Program-made: the position numbers and the translations under genes
Notes under the pieces: model-generated
Database searches by the model: none
What the model saw: the letters and a program-made list of their open reading frames with translations, nothing else
What the model was told of the DNA's origin: nothing
IMG/VR virus record: IMGVR_UViG_2529292720_000011
From: a virus
Lineage: Duplodnaviria; Heunggongvirae; Uroviricota; Caudoviricetes
Direction: 5' to 3' (one strand)
Length of the DNA stretch: 28,769 bases
Part shown: piece after piece, positions 5,816 through 12,755 of the stretch
Numbering within the stretch: position 1 is the first letter of the stretch
Layout: every line of letters starts with the position of its first letter

Positions 5816-8623
5816 ATGACGGCAGAGTACATCAGGGACTGGCAGCAACCGCGCCACGCAGTGGGGCGTGAAGGAACGGGGATCCCCGCTCCTGAATCCG
5901 CGCTTTCCTCCTGGCTGGATGCCTACCGGGCAGAGAACGAGCGCTGCCAGGAAATGGCTGATGCGGCGTTCTCCGCCACGCCGCTGGGCAACCTGATTAA
6001 TAAAAGCCTGGACGCACAGGAAAAACAGGACAAAACCATCACACTGGCAGGAGACGCCAGAAAGCAGGTACGCGGCGCGGTGGATGAAGCCATGGCCTCG
6101 CTGCGCCTGCTGCCATCCTATCTGCGCGATCCGCTTATTCGCCACCTCTCCTTCCTGCGCAAAAAACAGGAATCTGACCGCCAGAAAGGTAAAAAGAACC
6201 AGCAGGCTGAACGCTACGCGCGCGGGACCCTGCGCAAAATATTCGAACGTCTGGATCGCACTGACGGGCGCTGGCTGACACCGGGTTATCGCTCCCTTGC
6301 CGGGCGCGAACGCCTGGACGATTTGCTTTCCCTGCCGCAGCTCAACAAGCACCAGATACAGACGCTGGCCACCATGACGGCGGCGATGTTCAGCAGCACC
6401 TTCGAAACACTCTGCGATGGCTTTGGTGCCAGAGATGGCGAGCTGACCATGGATGTAATGTTGAAGGCTTACCGGATGCTGGCCCGTATCGCATTACGCC
6501 TGCACATCATGCCGCCACATTACGAAGCCCTGAACAAGAGCGATCCGGATACGGAACTGTTACCGGGCGCAATCCTTCGCCTGACCTGTGCGGAATGGTG
6601 GAAACGCAAATTGTGGCTGTTACGTTGCGAGTGGAGAGAAGAACAACTCCGCGCCGCCTGTCTGGTTTCCAGAAAAACATCACCCTATCTGAGCCAGGAC
6701 GCGTTAAGCGAGTTTCGCGCACAGCGCGAGAAAACACGCGATTTCCTGAAAAGTTTCATGCTGGAAAACGAAGACGGGTTCACGATTGATCTCGAGACAG
6801 TGTATTACGCGGGAGTAAGTAACCCGGTTCACCGTAAGGCAGAAATGATGGCCACCATGAAGGGGCTGGAACTTCTGGCCGAAGCCCGTGGCGACAAAGC
6901 GGTGTTTCTGACTGTCACCTGCCCGTCAAAATACCACGCCACAACAGAGAACGGTCATCCGAATCCCAAATGGAACGGGGCCACCATGCGCGACTCCAGC
7001 GATTACCTGGTTAACACGTTTTTTGCGGCGGTCCGCAAGAAACTGAACCGCGACGGCCTGCGCTGGTATGGCATCCGCACGGTGGAGCCTCACCATGACG
7101 GCACCGTGCACTGGCATATGATGGTCTTTGCACATCCGGACGAGATTGAAACCATCGTGTCCCACGTCTGCGATATTGCCATTCAGGAAGACCGCCACGA
7201 GCTGGGCGATGACATAACTCCGCGTTTTAAGGCGGAGTACGTAGACGGCTCAAAAGGCACACCAACCAGCTACATCGCCACCTACATCGGAAAGAACCTG
7301 GACAGCCGCGCCGTGGATGGCATCGACCAGAAAACGGGCAAGCCACGCGTTGACCACGAAACCGGAAAATCAATGGCCGAGAGCGTGGAACGCGCCATCG
7401 GCTGGGCGCGCCTTCACCGGGTCCGCCAGTTCCAGTTCTTTGGCATCCCCTCCCGTCAGGTGTGGCGTGAACTCCGCCGCCTTGCCAGCCAGATGGCACG
7501 CAACCCGGAAGGCCCGCAACGGCTGAAGGATGACGCAATGGATGCGGTACTCGCTGCCGCTGATGCAGGATGTTTTGCCACCTACATAGAGAAACAGGGC
7601 GGCGTACTTGTTCCACGCAAAGACTACCTGATTCGCACCGCCTACGACCTCGCCGATGAGCTGAACGATTACGGCGAACAGAGCGTACAGATTTACGGGA
7701 TCTGGTCACCACTCATCGGGGAATCCTCCCGTGTGTGCACGCATCCGGATAACTGGAAGCTGGTAAGACGCAAACCGGAAGCGGAAGACAGCGCCCGCGA
7801 AAATGGTTTTGACCTTCAGGGCGGCCCTGCCGCCCCTTGGACTCGTGGCAATAACTGTCCCCGTGTACAGGAAACAGGCAACAGCGGGACAGAACAGTCG
7901 AAAGAACGGCCAGCACCGTGGCCGCAGCTTCCTGACGGCGTTGAAGTGAACGAATGGATGCGCTCACTGAAACGGCACGAACGCCGGGCGCTGATGCGTT
8001 CGCTTCGTGACAAACAGGTAAAAAACAGCAGTGATGAAATGCAGAGCTGGACACAGAGCCGCAAACAGCAGCGGCCTTTGCCTGATAACCACGAATTACT
8101 CGCTAAAGAATGGCGGGAGTCTGCCGAATCTCTCGGCCTGCATATCGGTGAACAGCAGATGCAGCACCTGCTACGGGGCGGCAGCCTGTACGTTGACGGC
8201 AGCATCATTGCACCGCAGGGATATGAAATTGTACGCAAACCGGATACCCGCCCGGACAGCCGAATCACGCAGCTCTGGCAGCACCTGAGCCGTAATCACG
8301 GCGTAAGCAGCACGGAGATCCGCCATAACCCGGTCGCCAGCTATCTGGCACAGCTGGGGGCATCAGACCCCGAAGCCGCCGCACGCCTGGCATCCGCACT
8401 TCAGCAGGATCAGAACACCATGAAAACACCCGTTACCGTGCTTTCTGACATGCTGCGCGCCATCCGCGACGCAGAGCACGCACAGAGAATCAGTGAAACC
8501 ACTGAACGCGCCAGCCGCAAAGCAGACCTGCTGCAGGGTGGCCTGACCAGTGGAAACAAAAAACAGACAGAAACGGGATCCACAAATCCCGTAAATGAGC
8601 AAAAAACGCGCCGCGATATATGA
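5816..8623 (+). CDS. A: Replication initiation endonuclease, P2 gpA family (HUH rolling-circle initiator)
   Basis: 935 aa. It has the HUH-type motif VEPHHDGTVHWHMMVF and the catalytic Tyr motif SYIATYIGKN, typical of P2/186 A. The C-terminal ~230 aa is a charged, low-complexity extension beyond P2 A, which I recall as ~761 aa. Confidence 0.9.
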   Translation: MTAEYIRDWQQPRHAVGREGTGIPAPESALSSWLDAYRAENERCQEMADAAFSATPLGNLINKSLDAQEKQDKTITLAGDARKQVRGAVDEAMASLRLLPSYLRDPLIRHLSFLRKKQESDRQKGKKNQQAERYARGTLRKIFERLDRTDGRWLTPGYRSLAGRERLDDLLSLPQLNKHQIQTLATMTAAMFSSTFETLCDGFGARDGELTMDVMLKAYRMLARIALRLHIMPPHYEALNKSDPDTELLPGAILRLTCAEWWKRKLWLLRCEWREEQLRAACLVSRKTSPYLSQDALSEFRAQREKTRDFLKSFMLENEDGFTIDLETVYYAGVSNPVHRKAEMMATMKGLELLAEARGDKAVFLTVTCPSKYHATTENGHPNPKWNGATMRDSSDYLVNTFFAAVRKKLNRDGLRWYGIRTVEPHHDGTVHWHMMVFAHPDEIETIVSHVCDIAIQEDRHELGDDITPRFKAEYVDGSKGTPTSYIATYIGKNLDSRAVDGIDQKTGKPRVDHETGKSMAESVERAIGWARLHRVRQFQFFGIPSRQVWRELRRLASQMARNPEGPQRLKDDAMDAVLAAADAGCFATYIEKQGGVLVPRKDYLIRTAYDLADELNDYGEQSVQIYGIWSPLIGESSRVCTHPDNWKLVRRKPEAEDSARENGFDLQGGPAAPWTRGNNCPRVQETGNSGTEQSKERPAPWPQLPDGVEVNEWMRSLKRHERRALMRSLRDKQVKNSSDEMQSWTQSRKQQRPLPDNHELLAKEWRESAESLGLHIGEQQMQHLLRGGSLYVDGSIIAPQGYEIVRKPDTRPDSRITQLWQHLSRNHGVSSTEIRHNPVASYLAQLGASDPEAAARLASALQQDQNTMKTPVTVLSDMLRAIRDAEHAQRISETTERASRKADLLQGGLTSGNKKQTETGSTNPVNEQKTRRDI

Positions 8624-8668
8624 AGCGCGCACAAAACAGGCGAAAGCGGGATTTAAAAATCCCGTAAA
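8573..8668. promoter_or_regulatory. Two palindrome-containing sites sharing AAATCCCGTAAA (candidate parC-like ParR sites / parM promoter)
   Basis: ACGGGAT-N6-ATCCCGTAAA lies at 8573-8595, inside the 3' end of A. CGGGATTT-AA-AAATCCCGTAAA lies at 8647-8668. The 12-nt cores are 73 bp apart, directly upstream of parM. Confidence 0.4.
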
Positions 8669-8699
8669 CGGTTAATTAACCAACATAAGGAAAATCGAC

Positions 8700-9659
8700 A
8701 TGAAAATTTGTATCGACGACGGCTCCACCAACATCAAGCTGGCATGGACTGAGAACGGCGAACGCCGCAACGCCATCAGCCCGAACAGCTTCAAGTCGGA
8801 ATGGTCTGCGCCGTTCGGTGGCACGCATCCCGCGAACTACATGCTTGATGGCGTGCGCTATGGCTTTGATCCGGTCAGCGATCGTTTTGTCCAGACGACT
8901 GACACGCAATACCAGTACAGCGATGTGAATGTAATCGCCATTCATCACGCGCTGGTCAAATCAGGCATCACGCCACAGGAGGTGGATGTGGTTGTCACCC
9001 TGCCACTGAGCGAGTATTTCGACACAAACGCACAGCCGGACATGGCCAACATCAACCGCAAAAAAGCGAACGTCATGCGCCCGGTGGAGTACCAGAACGG
9101 CGAAGCATTCACTATCCGTAACGTACGGGTTATGCCTGAATCCATTCCGGCTGGCTTTAAGGCACTGGCTGACATGAGTCCGTTTGAATCCCTGCTGATT
9201 GTGGATTTGGGCGGAACCACGCTGGATGTGGCAAAGGTTCAGGGGCAGCTGGCAGGTATCAGCCAGGTGTTTTGCGATCCAAACGTAGGCGTTTCCCTGA
9301 TGGCTGATGCCGTGCTGTCGGTGATGGCCACTAACGGTATGCGTACCAGTCACCACATCGCCAATACCATTATTGAGCACCGTCACGATGAAGCCTGGCT
9401 GCGCCAGCACATTCACAATGACGCGCATTACAACAGCCTGATGGCGGTTATTCGTGAAAAGGAGGAGACACTGAAACAACGAGTGATCCGCGCGCTGGCG
9501 GGTTTTTCCGGTTACGGGCGGGTGATGGTTGTCGGTGGAGGGGCGGAGATTGTGGCACCCGCTATCCGCGAAGCCTGCGGAGTTAATGCGACTTTCATCG
9601 CGGACGGGGTGCCACAGTTTGCTCTGGTTAATGGGCTGTACGCAATGAACAAGGAGTAA
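8700..9659 (+). CDS. parM: Actin-like plasmid segregation ATPase ParM (StbA family)
   Basis: 319 aa, colinear with plasmid R1 ParM as I recall it. Shared blocks: IDDGSTNIKL, ISPNSFK.EW, QYSDVNV.A.HHAL, VMPESIPAG, DSLLI.DLGGTTLD, VMV.GGGAE, LVNG.Y. Confidence 0.9.
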   Translation: MKICIDDGSTNIKLAWTENGERRNAISPNSFKSEWSAPFGGTHPANYMLDGVRYGFDPVSDRFVQTTDTQYQYSDVNVIAIHHALVKSGITPQEVDVVVTLPLSEYFDTNAQPDMANINRKKANVMRPVEYQNGEAFTIRNVRVMPESIPAGFKALADMSPFESLLIVDLGGTTLDVAKVQGQLAGISQVFCDPNVGVSLMADAVLSVMATNGMRTSHHIANTIIEHRHDEAWLRQHIHNDAHYNSLMAVIREKEETLKQRVIRALAGFSGYGRVMVVGGGAEIVAPAIREACGVNATFIADGVPQFALVNGLYAMNKE

Positions 9660-9663
9660 ACCA

Positions 9664-9975
9664 ATGACGACACCAACCAGAAGAATAAGTTTCTATCTGA
9701 AGCCAGCTGCCGTCAAGAACGAAGGAGAAGCATGCGCATGGCTGGACAGCCTTACACCAGAAGCCCGCAAAAGCGGCCAACGCGTGGCTTTTCTGGCCGG
9801 GCTGGCACTTCTGAAGACGAATCCGGCAGAGGCTTACCGACTGGCCGCATGGGCTGATGATGAGATGTTACCTGTGACACAAATCAGCTCAAAAAAGTTT
9901 GAAGCACAGTCTGCACCAGTGGCTAAGATAACCAGCCAGATGGCTGGGAATATCCGGGCGTTATTTCCTGGGTAA
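9664..9975 (+). CDS. parR: ParR-like centromere-binding adaptor
   Basis: 103 aa. RRISFYLKP...ACAWLDSLTPEARKSGQRVAFLAGLALLKTNP parallels R1 ParR RRTIAFKLNP...LDSIPQGERSRLNRAALTAGLALYRQDP (from memory). SD AAGGAG. It directly follows parM. Confidence 0.75.
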   Translation: MTTPTRRISFYLKPAAVKNEGEACAWLDSLTPEARKSGQRVAFLAGLALLKTNPAEAYRLAAWADDEMLPVTQISSKKFEAQSAPVAKITSQMAGNIRALFPG

Positions 9976-10095
9976 AAGCATCTGCGCGAAAAATGCTCAC
10001 ATTTATAGAAACAGTATCATTCCATTTGGCGCACTTACTTCAATAATCGATCTGTTAAACAAATAGATTGTCTATTATCTATCGATTAAAACGAT

Positions 10096-10160
10096 CAATT
10101 ATCTTGACAGTAATGTGCCTTTTTGTAAGATCGTTCGCATTGTGAGCGACAAGATAATTG
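10096..10160 (+). promoter_or_regulatory. Sigma70-type promoter bracketed by a perfect 11-bp inverted repeat (operator pair)
   Basis: TTGACA (10104-10109), 16-nt spacer, TAAGAT (10126-10131). CAATTATCTTG (10096-10106) is the exact reverse complement of CAAGATAATTG (10150-10160). An AT-rich dyad with ATCGAT sites lies upstream at 10042-10090. Confidence 0.55.
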
Positions 10161-10175
10161 CGCGGCATTGTCCAT

Positions 10176-10272
10176 GCAAAACGCCCCAATAGCAGCAACT
10201 ATTGGGGCGTAGAACTCGGTCGGACTCACTTAACCTGATATGCGTGCCTTCCGAAGTAAATCAAAATGTGCG
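10176..10272 (-). ncRNA. Candidate ~95-nt antisense small RNA
   Basis: Minus-strand promoter: TTTACA (10307-10302), 17-nt spacer, TAAAAT (10284-10279). A 12-bp GC-rich hairpin follows (10210-10199 pairs with 10192-10181, loop of 6) and then TTTTG. The whole RNA is complementary to the leader of the 89-aa gene. Confidence 0.4.
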
Positions 10273-10318
10273 TCGTATATTTTATTGCTTACACGCACCT
10301 CTGTAAAGGCACGCATAT
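10238..10318. repeat. Nested perfect inverted repeat in the leader of the 89-aa gene
   Basis: ATATGCGTGCCTT (10238-10250) pairs with AAGGCACGCATAT (10306-10318). These enclose GTGCGT (10268-10273) and ACGCAC (10293-10298). The right arm ends 10 nt before the SD GAGG (10328-10331). Confidence 0.7.
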
Positions 10319-10339
10319 TTTTCCTATGAGGTAAATAAA

Positions 10340-10609
10340 GTGCGGGCTAAAACAGGTATTTGCAAGAACCCTCATCGTTATAACCCAACATTTCTGTCTC
10401 TCCCTGAATATCAAGGACAAGAAGGTCGGCACAAATGCGCTGCCTGTGCTTTTGAGCTAGGCATAAAAGATGCGCTTGAAGGACGCGCTATGGCTCAGAA
10501 TGATTTAGTTTTAGCTAACATTCCGTTTAGCCAGGCTGGAACTGTAAGGCACAGAGATGCTTATGAAGCATATGTTAGTGGTTGGCGATTAATACACAGC
10601 AACAATTGA
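10340..10609 (+). CDS. Orphan 89-aa Cys/His-containing protein
   Basis: GTG start with SD GAGG 8 nt upstream. The product contains ICKNPHRYNP...GRHKCAACAFELG, a possible metal-binding cluster. It is followed by a strong terminator. I recognise no family. Confidence 0.6.
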   Translation: MRAKTGICKNPHRYNPTFLSLPEYQGQEGRHKCAACAFELGIKDALEGRAMAQNDLVLANIPFSQAGTVRHRDAYEAYVSGWRLIHSNN

Positions 10610-10617
10610 TATTTTTG

Positions 10618-10641
10618 AAGCGCCGATAAGGCGCTTTTTTT
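10618..10641 (+). terminator. Rho-independent terminator
   Basis: AAGCGCC-GATAA-GGCGCTT followed by a T run, 9 nt after the stop of the 89-aa ORF. Confidence 0.85.
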
Positions 10642-10871
10642 GTTTGCACGATAGTGCACAAGTTTGCACAATTTTTTTGAACGACTTTTTGTACTTCCGG
10701 CCCGCGTGGCGGCTGGATCCGTCAAGGATCCGTACGTGCACAAAAAACGCGTTTTTTCTACGCGCAGGTGACGGGGGAACAGCCCGCGTTTCAGGGGGTA
10801 AATAGCATTCCCTGAACGATGTCGCAGAGACACAACAGAATGGCCATATTTCTCACGCTGAGCATGAAAAA

Positions 10872-10910
10872 GGCGTGAGGGCTTTTGATTTGATGGGGGG
10901 AAAGGTAAGG
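10872..10910. other. Candidate cos (cohesive end) region
   Basis: GGCGTGAGGGCTTTTGATTTGATGGGGGGAAAGGTAAGG contains both halves of the P2/186 19-nt cohesive end (GGCG[A/T]GGCGGGGAAAGCA[C/T], from memory), separated by about 13 extra nt. It lies in a ~500-bp non-coding stretch upstream of the packaging genes. Confidence 0.3.
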
Positions 10911-11169
10911 CCGTCAAAATCGCACTGAGGCAGCGAGAACATACAGTCAACGTGGTGGGATTGCGTAAGAGTCTGACCGTCGATGGTGGCGATAAACTGG
11001 AAGGCGTCGTGAAATTATCTGATTGATACAGGAGCTGGAGAGTCGGGGCATAAATTTTTTATGCCCCGGCGAAGCAGCAGACAAGCGAAGCGCGTCAGCG
11101 ATACGGCACCTTGCCGACCATACTTCGTAAGTGCAAAATACGAGCAAAGAAATCAATGGAGGCTGTCTT

Positions 11170-11694
11170 ATGGTCATTAATTACAAGCAGTTAAGAGAAA
11201 AACGGGAGCAGGTAAAGGAGAGCTTTCGCCGCAATGAAGATCTGACCCCGCTTGTACGCCTTGCCCAGGGCATTGTTGATGCTTATGAAATCTCGCTGGA
11301 GCTGCCATCACAGACCTGGACAGATAGCGACGGTAATCGCCAGCATTACGTTTCATGCGGACTGGAAGCAGCCGAAGGATTTCGCAGAATGCCTTTATCT
11401 CAGATCCCTGCCGCTACCCCCAAAGCAAGGGGCGGCAATGATGAGCGAAAACTGATTTTCAGCATTGAGACAGTGGTTGACGACACACCTGGCGAAGTCG
11501 CCTTCGTGCATACTCCTCTTTCGATCGCAATGTATAACGATGAAATACAGGTTCGCGTTAATAATAATATCGTGCCACTTAAAGAAGGTAATTCACCCTA
11601 CACCACCGTTTGTGAAGCCATTCAATATTACGTTTTCTCTGAAATTGATAATCTCAAGCCTGACGGCACCCAGAAAATGGTTCAGCTCTGGTAA
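11170..11694 (+). CDS. Orphan 174-aa protein between the cos-like region and the portal gene
   Basis: ATG 11170 with SD GGAGG (11158-11162) 7 nt upstream. This is preferred over the track's GTG start at 11131. Possible promoter TTGCCG-17-CAAAAT at 11111-11139. It has its own terminator. No motif recognised. Confidence 0.65.
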   Translation: MVINYKQLREKREQVKESFRRNEDLTPLVRLAQGIVDAYEISLELPSQTWTDSDGNRQHYVSCGLEAAEGFRRMPLSQIPAATPKARGGNDERKLIFSIETVVDDTPGEVAFVHTPLSIAMYNDEIQVRVNNNIVPLKEGNSPYTTVCEAIQYYVFSEIDNLKPDGTQKMVQLW

Positions 11695-11699
11695 AAAGG

Positions 11700-11725
11700 A
11701 CAGCCCCATCACGGGGCTGTTTTTT
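11700..11725. terminator. Bidirectional Rho-independent terminator shared by the 174-aa ORF and portal gene Q
   Basis: CAGCCCC-ATCAC-GGGGCTG followed by T6 on the plus strand and by TCCTTTTT on the minus strand. The Q stop codon (11709-11711) lies in the loop. Confidence 0.8.
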
Positions 11726-12755
11726 CATCAAGAAGAGCATAAGAGTTAAAACGGATCACCTCTTCGCCAAGCCAGTCATTGATGTGCTTCATGGCCTCCA
11801 TAACGGGCATCAGCTCGTTAATTGCGTAAACCCGCGCGGCCTTCTCCACATCACCAAACGCACTTTTTTCGCCCGGCATCGCCCCCATCAGTTGCGGCGG
11901 AACACGGTGCGCAGCCAGCACATCATCACGGGATGCCGCCTTAACATTCATGAACTCATCTTTTGCGGTGATCTGCTGGAACGGCAAAATTTGCACCCCC
12001 TCTTTGCCCCCGTTGGGCGCATGAATGAGCACGTTTTTAAACGCACCACCACCACGTGCCCCCTGTAGCGTTTCTTTCAGGGAGTCCATGCTTTCGCGGT
12101 TTACCTGCGCTGCACCGATGTAGATGATGCACCCGGCGTGGGATCCGTTGTCGTAGTACAGTTTTCTGAACATGTCCGCCGAATGAGAAAGGCTGGCCGA
12201 GAGTAATGCGCCAAGATATTCCGGCATGCCGTAGATTTCCTGGTTAATATCCGGATTCATCAGGTGGCACACTTTGCCAGGACGAAACTGAAACGCGTCC
12301 TTGCCATCCTGCACATACCACCATGATTCAAGATCGCTTCCGCGTCGCATGTATTTCGCCAGGGCGTGCCGTAATTTAAGCGGTTCGCCGAGCATATTGC
12401 TCCGAAGCTCAAGGAATGCGTTACCGAACACAAACCAGTCCAGCGCCAGCGCCGAGAAATCCTGCCGGGAAAGCAGCGGGTGCGGAATATAGCAGCCGAG
12501 CAATACATTGCGCTTAAAGTAAAGCGCAGACTGATGCCAGGACGTTTGCCGGGCAGCTCTTGCCAGACCGTACCAGTCCACCGGGGTTTCATACCACCGC
12601 CCGTTATCAGCACAGTACATATTGTCCAGCAGGTCATGCCCGGTCAGGCGATAAGGACCATCAAATGTGAATGCACTGAGCGATGATTCTTTCCTGAGCG
12701 CATCAGCGAGATCAATGCGTGAACTCATGCGCACTTTTTTATTTTTTCTGCTCAT
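11709..12755 (-). CDS. Q: Portal protein (P2 gpQ)
   Basis: 348 aa. Size, position and orientation match P2 Q. It overlaps the stop of the terminase gene by 1 nt. Confidence 0.9.
   Translation of the reverse strand: MSRKNKKVRMSSRIDLADALRKESSLSAFTFDGPYRLTGHDLLDNMYCADNGRWYETPVDWYGLARAARQTSWHQSALYFKRNVLLGCYIPHPLLSRQDFSALALDWFVFGNAFLELRSNMLGEPLKLRHALAKYMRRGSDLESWWYVQDGKDAFQFRPGKVCHLMNPDINQEIYGMPEYLGALLSASLSHSADMFRKLYYDNGSHAGCIIYIGAAQVNRESMDSLKETLQGARGGGAFKNVLIHAPNGGKEGVQILPFQQITAKDEFMNVKAASRDDVLAAHRVPPQLMGAMPGEKSAFGDVEKAARVYAINELMPVMEAMKHINDWLGEEVIRFNSYALLDEKTAP

Noticed and set aside
5291-6352. 353-aa minus-strand ORF
   Set aside because: It is entirely antisense to the gpA gene and the two upstream early ORFs. 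The composition is Ala/Arg/Gly/Val-rich as expected of a shadow frame, and there is no SD. The plus-strand genes carry clear family motifs.
8647-8668. Terminator of gpA
   Set aside because: The CGGGATTT/AAATCCCG hairpin has essentially no loop and no downstream T run. The same 12-mer recurs 73 bp upstream inside A, which favours a protein-binding site.
9976-10340. Small minus-strand peptides (28 aa from ATG 10316; 26 aa from ATG 10175)
   Set aside because: They are not hydrophobic, so they do not fit a classic type I toxin profile, and I cannot assess conservation. The region is better explained by promoter, operator and antisense-RNA signals.
10561-11177. Two minus-strand ORFs (129 aa and 76 aa) across the cos-like region
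   Set aside because: They run through a strong plus-strand terminator and the repeat-rich non-coding block. They have no SD, have odd Arg/Ser/Cys-rich composition, and overlap the ends of better-supported genes.
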